Shown: positions 12,324 through 26,288, numbered from the stretch's first letter. The stretch: 35,676 bases of DNA from Octopus sinensis (GCF_006345805.1 NW_021828057.1:1-35676); one strand, 5' to 3'. Program-made: numbers and translations. The notes: generated by a model from the sequence alone, not told the origin.

Positions 12324-12592
12324 TGAAACAAAACGATCGCCTAAACGAGCATCGTAGAGTTTGAAGCAGTATCCATCACCAAAGTTGGTAACTTTATTAC
12401 AACAAAATTGTATTTGTAGGAAATCAGTGTATGCATTTTGTTTGGTTGATTGGGAACGGATATTTTAATTTTAAGGTTAATTTCGTGATCGCAGCATTAA
12501 ATATTTGAAATTAATTTTACAACTTCTCGTGTTTTTGGTTGACTTATTCCTGAGAAAGTTTTTTGTATCGTTTTTCATCTTTTCTCTATAAC

Positions 12593-12950
12593 TTGCTTCA
12601 GTCATTAGACTTCCTCTATGCTGGTGCTGCCCTTGAAAAGCTCTTTTAGTTGACCGAATCGACCCCAGTAATTTTTTATAAGCCTGGTACTTATTCTGTC
12701 CTCTTCTTTTGCCTAACCTCTAAGTTATTGAGACGTAAACAAACTAGAAAAGGTATGACAAGCAATGCTGGGGGACAAACAAAGACACAAAGACTCATGT
12801 CAGTTTCCGTCTAACGAATCCACCATAAGGCTTTGGTCAGCTCGGGGCTAAAGTTGAAGACACCTACCCAATGCGTTGCGTAGTGGAACTCCGCCTGTAT
12901 CCTTGCAGTGGGAAGAAAGCTTCTTACCACACAGACACGCATATAATTCA
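12593..12950 (-). mobile_element. SINE family A, older diverged copy
   Basis: Contains cttgcttcagtcatt, gtcagtttccgtct, aaggctttggtcagctcgggg and cttcttaccacacag; internal microsatellite nearly absent. Confidence 0.75.
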
Positions 12951-13835
12951 AAGTTTGACGAATCTTGAAAGAATATTTCGTTGGAAATGGGTGAGTGCCG
13001 AAAATACAAGCGCAGTGATTGCCATGTTTGTTAAAATTCACCATTAAGGATTAGAGTTTTTGTTAGAGTAGCTTTAAATAGATTTTCTGGCAATGTTTCG
13101 ATCACAGATATAATCAAGGAGAAAATATCTAGCCCTGTATTCATTTACAATTGCTGTGTCATGATTTTAAATAGTAACAATTGAAACATCATTTAGTCTC
13201 TGAACGAAGCGAACGGTAATGAAAAAGAACGGACAATAGTTAAATGAATTTACCAATTTTTCATGCATCACAATCAAAGCGGAAGAGATAGCAATCTCTT
13301 CCAACTATTTCGTAAACGAAAGACTCTGAAGTTGCCTTAATAAATTAGAGATTTGTCTGGAATCAAAATATTAAATCTTTTAATCAGTGTTCATAAGCAG
13401 CGATATGCTTGTTACTGTTTAGTTTGAGATCAATACTAAACGAGTAGACATGTGATTAAAGGGATTTCAATCGAGGTCAAACCATGTTGAATTAATAATA
13501 TTTTTCAACCATTCTATATTTGAGATAGTAGAATGTGATTTGAAGGGAGATTTGACTGCCACTTCTTGCAGGCAGGACAACGACGTAAAGCCAAATCTGT
13601 TCGTATATATTATCATGACCTTTAATCATTTACTCTGTCTACATAGGTTTCAAAGTTGGAATATTTGAGTTACTCAGACAGTATAACAGTTGGTGGTTAA
13701 CTCAGTGACATTTCTAAATTATGATAAAATGCTGTGCCAGCTCCTATTTTCGGCATGTACACGGAATCCTTCACGAGGAGTCGGATTCCATGTACATGCC
13801 GAACATATGAGCTGGCACGGCATGGCGTCACGGCA

Positions 13836-14190
13836 GTGAAGGCACAATGGCTCAGAGATTAGAGCGTCAGAATTACAATCATGTGGTAGTGAGTTCGATT
13901 CCCGGACCGGGTTATATATTGTGTTCTTGAGCAAGACTCTCTATTTCACGTTGCTCCGTTTCATTCAGCTGTAGAAATGAGTTGCAATGTCACTGGTGCC
14001 AGTCTGTATCAATATTTTGCCATTCCCTTGGATAACATCGGTGGCGTGAAAAGGGGAGGCTGGTGTGTATGGGCGACTGCTGGTTTTCTATAAACAACCT
14101 TGTCCGGACTTGTGCCGGGGGGGGGTCAGGTTTTTGTTGAAATTCAATGGTCATCCATGACCGAAGGCGGGGGTGGGGTCTTTACACTTT
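13836..14190 (+). mobile_element. SINE family C
   Basis: Head gtgaaggcacaatggctcagagattag..gagttcgattcccggaccggg, then ttcttgagcaag..tttcacgttgctcc..cagctg shared with 12079-12323; 3' half differs. Confidence 0.8.
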
Positions 14191-14277
14191 TCTATTCAGG
14201 GAATCGAGGAGCAGATCATGCATCGAGTTCTTGTCTAAAATGTTATACTGTGATGTAAGGGAAACTTGAGCTTTATT

Positions 14278-14447
14278 GCGTTGAGTGGCTGTGTGGTAAG
14301 CTTGCTAACCAACCACATGGTTCCGGGTTCAGTCGCACTGCGTGGCATCTTGGGCAAGTGTTTTCTGCTATAGCCCCGGGCCGAATAATGCCTTGTGAGT
14401 GGATTTGGTAGACGGAAACTGAAAGAAGCCAGTCGTATATATGTATG

Positions 14448-14482
<35 letters not shown>

Positions 14483-14691
14483 TTGTGTGTTTGTGTTTGT
14501 CCCCCTAGCATTGCTTGACAACCGATGCTGGTGTATTTATGTCCCCGTCACTTAGCGGTTCGGCAAAAAGAGACCGATAGAATTAGTACTGGGCTTACAA
14601 AGAATAAATCCCGGGGTCGATTTGCTCGACTAAAGGCGGTGCTCCAGCATGACCGCTGTCAAATGACTGAAACAAGTTAAAGAGTAAAGAG
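14278..14691 (+). mobile_element. SINE family A, full length
   Basis: Head gagtggctgtgtggtaag..ggttccgggttcagtc, internal (TA)n(TG)n at about 14436-14500, tail aagagtaaagag. Confidence 0.92.
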
Positions 14692-14877
14692 ATATTAAAT
14701 AAACACATACAGCAACCATTTGGAGACTAAAGATGAATCTCATTTGCATATCATAATAACTCTGGATCATTATTTTAGCAAAGATCATTATATTAGAAGC
14801 AGCCGAACGATGGCACTTGTTCCTTATACCTACGACATTTACGGCAAATAATAATAAGCAAGTATTTATAATGGGCC

Positions 14878-14983
14878 GGAGGCACATGGCCTAGTGGTTA
14901 GAGCAGCAGAATCGCTGTCGAGGGACCGCGGGTTCGAATCTCAGACCGGGCGATATGTGTTTATATGAATGAAACACCTAAGC
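14878..14983 (+). mobile_element. SINE family D, head-only fragment
   Basis: ggaggcacatggcctagtggttagagc..gggttcgaatctcagaccgggcg..aaacacctaagc matches the head of 33269-33654. Confidence 0.75.
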
Positions 14984-15073
14984 CCGGTTTGAATTACATA
15001 ATATTGGTTTTTCTCATATTTGTTCCACGTCCTCGCGTTGTTGTGTTTTCTCTTTGTGTTTTCATGTTTTGAT

Positions 15074-15121
<48 letters not shown>

Positions 15122-16140
15122 CACAGAGAGAGAATGCGAGATGAAAAATAAGCACTACTATCATAGTGTAGCATGAAGTAACCCATAACTGCAAGGAATT
15201 GATGTTAAAAGTTGAGCACTACTTCGGTCATATATTTCCCCAATCACGATTGGTTTCTTGTTACATAACAATAAACTAATTAACGTCAAGCAAATAAGGT
15301 CACTTATATATTTCGATATGGTCTAATAGATATACGCGAAAGATATGACCGAAATGATTAATCATACGAAGTAAAGTACACCTTGAAAAACAGTCCCAGA
15401 TAAATATAACGTGCTATCGGATGTTAAGTAAAGACACATTCGTCACGATAGGAATGTCTTTCATCATACGTCAGTCAGTTGGGCATGATCAGTGTCGAGC
15501 TGAGAATAAACAGCCACAGCGACAAAGCTAATAATATTACAACTTTGACGTTTCTCGTTTCTGTCCGCTTCAATAAAGATCACGCTGAGAAAAAAGGAGT
15601 AATATCTTCTTTTACATAGACATACTTATTAGGATTATATATTATTTTACTAATTGTCCCCTTCAATAGACACAAACACACATACGTATATAATTATATA
15701 TAGATGCGTAAATGTCGAACGATGGAAACGGGTGCTCAGAAACCGCATTGGTGGATATAATTTCTCTATTTGTGAATTAAGGCTACACTTGGTTTCATGC
15801 TTTAAAAATGTAGGAAAATATCCTAGTGTCTTAATAATTTTTCAAGCCGATCATATGGAAAAATGGGATTAGTTCCCTTTTGGAGAAGAGTATCGCTTCG
15901 TTCACGGAGTTTCTCGTTATTCCATAAAAATAAAACAATGAATCAATGAATCAAGGGACATAAATCTTGAGTGGCATTTTCTAGATGTTTGTCTCCCATG
16001 ACTTTGTCTTTTGGGCAAATTTTTTTAATGATTGATTTGTTTGCATTTTCTGCATTATTTTCTTTTTATTCTGTATTCTGGTATGGTGTTCTCATACTTG
16101 TATATATACTTATAAATATGAGAGTTTTCGAAAAAAACAA

Positions 16141-16330
16141 AAGACGAAGACAGGTGGTGTACAAAACAAACAGATGTATTAGTATAACGCTCAGAAATAG
16201 AAAAAGTCTTTTACGTTTCGAGCCTACGCTCTTCTACAGAAAGGGAAACAAAAAAAGACAAGGAAAGAAAAAACGTGTGTAGTGGCTTACGATCTATCAT
16301 GGCGACTGACTCGGACAGAAGTGTCACACA
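16141..16330 (-). mobile_element. Dispersed repeat, probable Penelope-like fragment (copy 1)
   Basis: Reverse-complement match to 26886-27076 over about 190 bp; carries a hammerhead-like motif. Strand is that of the motif. Confidence 0.65.
16208..16243 (-). ncRNA. Minimal hammerhead-like motif, variant core CUGUAGA
   Basis: Minus strand reads CTTT-CTGTAGA-A-GAGC GTAG GCTC-GAA-ACGT-A-AAAG. Confidence 0.5.
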
Positions 16331-16878
16331 CGAGAAGGAAAGTAGGGGAGATAACAAAGTAAAGATGACGTTCAACACGAAGGTGCGTGTGTGTATAAGA
16401 GAGTATGTATGTGCGTGTGAAAGAGGGATGGTGGTCTGGACGTGTGCGTGTATGTATGTGTAGGTGTGAAAATGTGGGGATGGGTATGTGGGTGGTGATA
16501 TTGCTACCAAGAATCAGTTGCTTTAACAGAACCTACGCATGTGAATTAGATGCCAACTAAGAAATATAAATATTGTCCATTTTAGAGAAGTTTCTTCAAC
16601 GTAATTTTTCAATTATGATAATTTAATAAAATTAAACATTTGTATTGAAAATATTAATAAATCGAAAATACACTAATAATTTACTTGTTTGTGTGTTTAT
16701 TTTATCAATGAGATGCCGCTGAATTAGTCAGCTGTCAGATGAGGAATAGCGTTCAAGTGTGAGTGAAAATGAGAATGCAAAGGAAAGTTAGGGTCATGAG
16801 GAGTTTCGAAACTTTCATTTTAGTTTAAATTAGTATATTACATGGTATTGAAAGCCTTTTCGAAAACACACAACTTAT

Positions 16879-17150
<272 letters not shown>

Positions 17151-17439
17151 ATGTGTAATACCTGGGATACGAGTTAATATTTTCGAAATCAAGAACAATA
17201 TTTAGTGTTTAATTATATTTCAACGGATGTGATATTTTCTGTAACTAATAAATCTGTCATACTTTTTGAAGGCATTACTAAGCTAATATTACAATTTTAC
17301 ATAATTTGGATATTATATGCTATACGTTATTTAGGCAAGTGTAGTAACATGCTGCCGTCGTGCGGTTTAAGAAGCTTAGTACTGATGAATTTAATTTTAA
17401 ACTCTTATTCTCAAGAATAATTACAAATACCTAAAATGC

Positions 17440-17711
17440 ATGCAACCGAGTTGTTGTTGGCATCCTTTTGTCTCGGGAGACAATGGAGTTGCGCATAAAC
17501 TAATCCAGTCTGGTTTTTACATTTCATGTCCTTCCAGTTTCCTCTCCAGTTTTGCGCAGGCCTGGGCTAGATGTAAGAAAGTCCTGGGTAGCCCAATCGT
17601 CAGGATTTGCTCTCTCGACCTTGCTGACGTAGTCCAAAGGAGTGCAGAGGATTACGTTTGGCACCAGCTTGGTTGCAAGAGCTGCCGGAAGAGTGTTGAG
17701 TCGAATGGAAT
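17440..17711 (-). mobile_element. Possible LINE (RTE-like) 5' region fragment
   Basis: GC-richer island abutting a truncated SINE; resemblance from memory to RTE 5' regions (actggagaggaaact); no RT motif seen. Confidence 0.25.
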
Positions 17712-18092
17712 GGTACCTTGGGCAAGTGTCTTCTACTATAGCCTGGGGCTGACCAAAGCCTTGTGAGAGGATTTGGTACATGGAAACTGAAAGAAACCCA
17801 TCGTATATATATATATATGTGTGTGTATGTGCGAGTATGTTTGTGTGTTTGTGTTTGTCCCTCAACATCGCTTGACAACCGATGCTGGTTTGTTTACGTC
17901 CCCTTTAGTTAGCGGTTCGGCAACAGAGACTGATAGAATAAGTCAGTACTTATTCTATCGGTCTCTTTATTATTCTATCGGCTTACAAAGAATAAGTCCT
18001 GGTGTCGGTTTGCTCGTGTAAAGGCGATGCTCCAGCATGTCCACAGTCAATTCACTGAAACAAGTAAAAGCGTAAAAGAGTAAAAGAGTAAA
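17712..18092 (+). mobile_element. SINE family A, 5'-truncated, with internal inversion
   Basis: Begins at ggtaccttgggcaagtgtc; standard body and (gtaaaaga)n tail; inverted insert at 17945-17981. Confidence 0.9.
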
Positions 18093-18919
18093 GAAGAACA
18101 ACAGAGCAAATAAGACCGAATATTATGTAGTCGGTATTTTAGAAGTGTTCTAGGGACGTCCCGTTTTGAATTAGCGAAAATTCGCTTATGTCGGTGATGG
18201 AAGAGGAAAAACGTTGCACCAGCTAAAGGTCAGTAGTTACTTCAGCTTAGTGGAGAGTTTCAGCCAAAGTTTAAAACCTTGATCACGTACATAAACTGTA
18301 GCCATATCCATGTCATTAGGAATAGAAACTGAATACCATTAACCTGAGGGCTATCGGGCTCTACTTCCTAAGACGATTGTATATGATTTAATGACGCTAC
18401 GGCTGTTATATCTACAAGAAAAAGGAACTAAGGAGAATCGACTTTGCCTGCAGCGGGATAAGAAATCGGGTGGATTAGATTCAAGAGCATCCACTATTTG
18501 GATTATAAGGATTAAGTAGGTTATTGTAAACGTTCGGTAATGCATATTCCATAGAAATATAGTTAAACTGGAGGAAGGTCAACTAGGTTGTACCCCTCGT
18601 TGACCCAGCCACACTTCCAGGTGCATTCGTGTACGCGTAGTCAGAGTTCAGTACAGTCAGCTAACACGTGTCGCGCCATTTCTGCAATAAACATCTACAA
18701 GTTATTTACACTCGCGAGTTGCATGGTACGAGCAATTCTGACACGGCTGTTTGATATATGGGAATATTTATGCTCATATAGATACATAAATATACATTTC
18801 ACATATTGATGCGACATTGTACAAATACATAAATATAGATCGGCTTCACCAGTCCTTTCTTTCTTTCTCTTTTACTCTCCAAAAGTCTATCAATGGCTTG
18901 CTTACTCTATCTTTCTCAC

Positions 18920-18983
18920 TGTGTGTATGTATGTATGCTTGTGTATATATACATACGCATACATATCACTCTTTACGTGTATG

Positions 18984-19035
<52 letters not shown>

Positions 19036-19343
19036 GTGTGCGTGTGTGTATGTATACATACACACACTCATATATGCATATGGAGAGACTTATACGTTCT
19101 AACATACACACACATATATATACACTTACACGAACTCAACAATACATGTATCTTTCTATCTATCTATCTATCTATCTATTTATCTATCTATCTACCCATC
19201 TGTCTGTTTGTCTCTCTCTATATATATATGTATGAATGTACGTGTATGTATATATATATTATATATATATATTTATATGTGTGTGTGTAATATATAATAT
19301 GTATATACATTTATGTGATTGTATATATATATATAATATATAT

Positions 19344-19386
<43 letters not shown>

Positions 19387-19510
19387 TATATATGTATATG
19401 TATAAATGTATATATGTGTATATATATATATATATACATACATACACACAAATATATACACATATGCATACACACAGAGACATACACGAGTGTGTGTGCA
19501 TATATGTAGG
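18920..19510. repeat. Compound microsatellite field (TG, CA, TATC, TA)
   Basis: Direct periodicity. Confidence 0.85.
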
Positions 19511-20392
19511 TATGTTTGCATATATTATTTATTTCCGAAAACGTATTTCGTCGTTATACTTCATTTCGATTTAGGTCTTAGCAAGATTTCCTATTCCCCA
19601 GTAAATTTATTGTCTGTTTGAGAACCATAAATTTATTCGAGTTCACCGCAAATTTTTGTTTTTCTCTTATTGTTTTAAGTTATTGTTTTTTTGGTGTACG
19701 TATAACCGTAAGTGCGCTTGTGAATATGCTTGTCTGCAAGTATTAGTATATGTGTGTTTGTGCGTATGTGTTTATGTGTTGTATGTGTGAGCTTACTTAG
19801 TACTTTGTTCTTAAGTTTGTGTATCCGAGAAATACAGTGCTTGAGAATAAATTTGTGTATGTGGACGTAAGTAACTATATGCTTGTGCGTTTGTGTATAT
19901 TGTGTCAATTGTCTTTAGTATGATTATGCGTCTAATTCTTATTTCGTGTGTAAGCGCTAATGTGTAGATGTGTATGCAAGCTTACGTGTGTATATCTTCG
20001 TGTTTTTTTTTGTTCGTGTGTGTGTATGTGTAGATATATTGTATATATGTTGGCATGTAAATGACAGATTTTGTGCTTATGTGTTTGTCTTACTGTGTGC
20101 TTCTCTCTCTCTTCATTCTCTGTAATTTACCCTCTGTCTCTCACTCAACCTCTCTCTATCTCTCTATCTCTCTCTCTCTCCCTCTCGCTCTCTCTCTTTA
20201 TGTGTGTGTCTGTGTGTCTTTTCGTGAGTGAGTGAGAATGACTTTTGGCAAGCAAATATGCTTCCCTGTTAATTATATGAAGACATATATCTATGTGTCA
20301 CTGCCTGCTTGTTAGTGAAAATATGTATGAAATTATCTATACTTGTGTATATGGAAAAGAACTCCGAGTGCGTGTGTTACTGTCCGTGTATA

Positions 20393-20428
<36 letters not shown>

Positions 20429-20635
20429 TGTGCGTATGTGTATGTGTTGCTGTGTGTGTATACCTGTGTTCGAGATATTCGTGCGCTTATATGTGAATGG
20501 AATCATGTGGGTGTGTTTGTGCGATTATGAGTATCTGTACGAGGAAGTATATAGGCATTCGTAACCGCGTGTGTATAATGGCGAAGGACTGTCTTGTCTT
20601 TATTTTTTCCGTATGGTATTGTTTGAAAGGACATA

Positions 20636-21264
<629 letters not shown>

Positions 21265-21380
21265 TTATATATGCTTCTCTGCGTGTTTCAGAATGAGTGA
21301 GTGTGTATGTATTTTTACGCATTTTTACTGTGCTTATAACAATATATGTTAGCGTATGTGAGCGAAAGAGAGCGAAAGAA

Positions 21381-21424
<44 letters not shown>

Positions 21425-22304
21425 GCGAGTGCGTGTGAGTATCTATATGTGCGTATGCCTTCCTGTCACCTATATTGTTTGTGAGACACTTTTACGCTGA
21501 CGGTAATTAATAGTTTCGCACCTGGCCACGATACATACCTCCTTACTAAATACTAGCAATATGTTACCATATTTATTCTCTAGATCGAGATAGAACTAAA
21601 GTCATAATAAATACAGTTTACTAATTAGCAATTTGAAACACCCGAAAAACTAGAGGCATATAGCCTGGAATATACGGGCCCAATTTTGTCATAAACACAC
21701 ACACATGCACGCACAGACATGTGTGTGTATACATTCGTGTGTGTGTGTGTGTATACAAGCAATCAGGCATACACACACACCAATATGAATGTATCAGCGT
21801 CCCCTTCTCCTAGTGACATGATTTCTTTAACGTTAACGTGTGCCTCAGTCTTAATGGTTTTCAGCAACGCCGGACACAACCCCGGAATTTATAAGGGCTC
21901 GTACAATTGCTAGATAGTCGTTGAACCTACACTAGGTGAACCGTTCTTTCTACATAGTCTTGTTTTTGGTCTTATTGTGTTTCTAGCAACCCTTCTCTGC
22001 AGAAGAGATTAGCGTGATTCCGGTTTAGATACAAGGGAACGGACATTGCAACAGGTTGTCCCGGATTCCATGCTGCCAATAACATGGAAAGATAAAATGC
22101 AACATTTCAAATTCTATTTTAAATCTAATTGTATAATGATCTGAAATGTTTAATTTGTTAAATTATAATTTTAGGATTAAATAAATAGAAGACAACAAAC
22201 ATAAACTTTGATATACATATATATAATATTTTTTAAAATAGTAAAATAAACAAACGAACATATACTAAATACGCTGGAGAACAGAAAACACAAAACCTCC
22301 TGAC

Positions 22305-22504
22305 TAGTTATCGGCCAGCGTGTCAAACACAATTTCGGCAGCTATCGATAATATTACTTTCACTCTGGCGACACCGGCAAGAAATTTGCCGGGAATGGAA
22401 CCAAAACAGAACAAACGGAGAAGGAATGGAGACGAGACCGTCAGTGGACGGCCGAAGGACAAGAAAATAAACAAAAATTTGTTTGCTCCACTGCCCGATA
22501 ACTA
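22305..22504. mobile_element. Possible 200-bp MITE
   Basis: Terminal inverted repeats tagttatcggccagcg / cactgcccgataacta match 14/16, outermost bases TA; GC-richer than flanks; single copy in window. Confidence 0.35.
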
Positions 22505-22608
22505 ATAAGGAGTTCGTGACCTTGTGTGTTTTCTATTCATCTGTGTATTTAGTATATGTTCATTTGTTCATTTACTACGCGCGTTTTTTTTTAAATTAAT
22601 TATATACA

Positions 22609-22762
22609 TGTGTGGTGAGTAGGTTGATTGCCAACCGAATGGTTTCGGGTTCCGTCCCACTGCGTGGAATCTTGGGCAAGTGTCATCTACTATAGCCTCG
22701 AGCTGACCAAACATTGTGAGTGGATTTGGTTGACGGAAAACTGAATGAAGCCCGTCGTATTT
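22609..22762 (+). mobile_element. SINE family A, 5' half only
   Basis: Head and 5' body end at gaagcccgtcgtat followed by (TA)n; 3' half absent. Confidence 0.85.
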
Positions 22763-25700
22763 ATATATATATATATACATATATAGTAGTAACAGAAAAG
22801 AAGGAATTTCGATTATCCCCACGTGGTGAGTTGTAACATATATAAGAAATTAAAAGGGAAAATACACACACTTTACATAGTTTTAATATAATTTTTAATT
22901 TATCTTACTTTTAATATATCGACCGGTTTCGATTTTGCTATTCATGATATTAACGTTTACTTATTTGAATATGTATTTTCTGAAGAAATGTTTGTCCATT
23001 GTGTGTGTAATAACTTCACAAGGAGGAAAATAAGGGAGGTAATACTGATCCTCTTGTATTTTCTTTTATCAAGAGCAAGGAACTTTTCAGACCTCTTCCT
23101 TGCACATCTATCTCTTATTTATTTTAATAATGTGGCTCTTGAAAGACTGAAGTCAGGTAAAACCTCCGGAAGGAAGCTTGGCTGCTATTTCTGCCATGAC
23201 GGGTGACCACATAAAATCTTTTGAATTGTTTCTAAATACTTAACAGAATACAACCATGAAGTTGTTATGTAGATTCAAATTATTTTCTTGATTCTTTGAA
23301 TAGGTTCAATTGTATTACATTTAACCACTCATTTCCAACATGACATCAATGAAACATTTTATATGCCCCCACCCCGTTTTACAGATTGGAAGATACATTC
23401 ATTTGATACATAATTTTCCTACCTATAGTATTTCCTCAACAACAACAACAAAAACAAATGAAATTCTTTGTTATTTATTTGTATCGTGAAGAAGATAACA
23501 TTTCATTATTTAAATATATGTCATGGTGTGCCGAAGGCTTATAGTTTCAAATTAAAACTTGATGGAGACACAATTATCCTGGCCCTACCTATGTAATATG
23601 AATATATTTGTCTCACTGTCCCTACCTAATTTTGCTTCCCAGCAAATTTAACTCCATTGTGACAATTAGACTTAGTACATTATATTGCGTTACGATTGCT
23701 AAAAACATACAAAGATGGTTTAGTTACCATAGACACATCAAACGTTTCATTGCATTAATTTCCGTAGTAGTATACTGAAGCATTCTGCGAACCGAGGGTA
23801 TAATAAGGAATTTGAGGAAAAGGGAGTAAAAACGTGTAATCAACCGAACAATATCCTCCCTCATTAGTTTACTGACTGCTACATGAGCCTTGGAGGGGGA
23901 ACACTTTGAAGAAAGCCGACAGAATACAAATAACAGCCAAAGATATATTAAAAAAAAAATTAAAACTACCAATTACAAATAAGTAATGTGTTTAATATTG
24001 TTAACCTATTTAAATTATGCATCAAAATGATGGGGCTATAAGAACTGAAATTGATTTAATCATAACTCTATTTGATCAGGGCTTACTGAGGGCAAAAATC
24101 TGTCCTTGTAACATTAATAAAAAAAAGTTATCTCGAGCATACTAGACATACTGTGTTAAGAAAGATGGGCTTAATTAAAATGACACTAAATAAGAAATGT
24201 AAAACCTATTTACCAGGTAATTGTCGCAGAGAACACACACCGGATTTTAAAATGAATTAATTTTAACACTGTGTAAAGTAAGGCAATTTGACGACAATTT
24301 TCATGGTATTGAATACTAAAAATAGGATAAATATGTGCATAAATTTAGCGATACACATTTCTCCTTTTATCGGGTCACATGATGTAGTGCCCATTTTTGG
24401 GCACCTTGCATTTTCAGGATTGTTTTTAGAACTGAGGGTAAACAGTTATTCAGCCATTCCTGGAGATGTGAGAGATGATATTCAAGCATCTAATTTGTTG
24501 CACATGTTGGTATCACAGTTGTTGTGTATAATTTTAGCTTCTTACTTTCTTGCTTCTGTATAATTTTCGCTTCTTATTTTCTTTCAGATTCTTCAAGGCC
24601 AGAGGCTCTGAACTGGTTTTACTAGCCAAATATAGGGACTAAACTTTTGCCATGTCTCCTCAGTTGCATATTGTTTCTCAAAGCGCACATATACTTCGTT
24701 ATAAGTATATAGATATAATTATATCTAACTCCTCCACTCTATACTTTGCTAACTCAATAAAATACTGTTGTTTCAGTGGAGAGAACATCTGCCGAGATTT
24801 CTTTTAGTGCTTTAGTAACAACAGTTTATAGGTTATGGAAAAGCCACTTCTATACTACTTAAGGCATAGATATACCCTTTTACTCTCTTCCCTTGCTTAC
24901 TGTAGATCGTATGACAAAGTGACGCTGTCTCATTTAAACAAAATGTTCCGAGTGAATTCATATTATGGAACAGTGTTAAATTTCACACTACTGTGAGATG
25001 TTGAGGCAAACGCTGGTCTTCTAACACCGCTGCCGTTTGTTTAGTTTAACTTATTTCTCTGTACGCGATACTGCATATGTGATATCACCCTCATTATAAT
25101 TGTTAATATATTTCAAATTATTCCTGTTTATATTTATTCATTTAAATGTTCATTATTTCATTCATAGTTTGGGGTTTGCTCTCTAGTGCAATTTGCTTTT
25201 GTATTGTATCGTCTTCCTATTTTGGCTTTGTGGGCTGTTGTAATATATTCGTTCGGTTGTTATTCAATGAAAGAGTTGTGTTTGATTCGTATGGATACAA
25301 ACACATGCAGAAAAGACGAGAAAAGGAAATGACTTAGAAATTTTTATGGAATACCGGTTATCCAAATTTCCTTATATGTATTCCCGTGGTTTGCCCAAAA
25401 GGCAATAACATTAGAATAAACATGGCGGTCATTTGATATTTGGTAATCTAACTATCGATTATATGAAATATGGATGAAAAGATATTGATTCCATATGAAT
25501 ATTAGGAAATCTGAGAATTGAAGTGTAACTCAAAACAGAAAATCGAAGAAATACCAGGTAAACGCTCTGTAAATGAATACATCAAGAAATAGTCTCCCGA
25601 GGATGTCTCGATGTTCCACTGAAACTCTTTTCATATGGAAACAGATATAATGCAAGGACTCTTTCTGCTTTAAAATTAAGATTGGGCATACATATATATA

Positions 25701-26288
25701 TATTATAGAGGAAAGAAATAAATCAGAGGAATTATAGCCACATTTATCTTATATATATATATATATTTATATGTATATATATACGATCAAAAGCCCCCCC
25801 CTCGTCCAATGGACGGTGCTGAGTTGTTAAATATTTCAGCCGAATTTTCTCAAAGCAACTTGTCCGAACGTCCCATAGGCCTCCCCTTTGAGAAACACTG
25901 ATTTAACCTAAATTTGAGCCACCGGCAAAACAAGAAATAAAGATAGACTTTTTTCTATTCCAAAGAAAAACGATTTTATTCGCACAAATATGCAACCGAA
26001 GAGTTTAAAGTACCAGTAATGTTAAGGCTGTTGACTGGGAGAATACAAACATGGTTTAAACAGTAAGCTTGGCAGGAAAGAAACGTGCCTTTAAGAAGTA
26101 CAAAAACAACAAAAATGGAAGGTGTAGTTATGTACAGGTTGACAGAAGAAAAGCAGGACAAAAACGGCTTTATCGATCGCATTCTCACCTGGAATCGATC
26201 TTTATAATTTTTTCAAGACTTATACACGCCATGATATCGTCGGTATCTACAGATCAAATTTGAGCGCAATCGGATGGTGGATGCCCGA

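Noticed and set aside
14878-14950. tRNA-like sequence with A and B boxes (also 13836, 12320, 33654)
   Set aside because: These are SINE heads continuing into SINE bodies and do not form complete cloverleaves
23700-24850. Coding-like composition with weak echoes of a mariner HTH (TVFY*VSKV*SGG) and a LINE RT tail (KLYTTTVIPT) on the minus strand, plus an acceptor-like site at 24587
   Set aside because: Many stops, mutually inconsistent resemblances, no TIR or TSD; needs a translated search against repeat proteins
25845-25900. ctttgagaaacactg resembling a hAT/Charlie terminal repeat
   Set aside because: No matching full left end or 8-bp TSD found
26050-26190. KKRAFKKYKN..YVQVDRRKA resembling a LINE ORF2 linker
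   Set aside because: Low-complexity basic peptide, too short to assign
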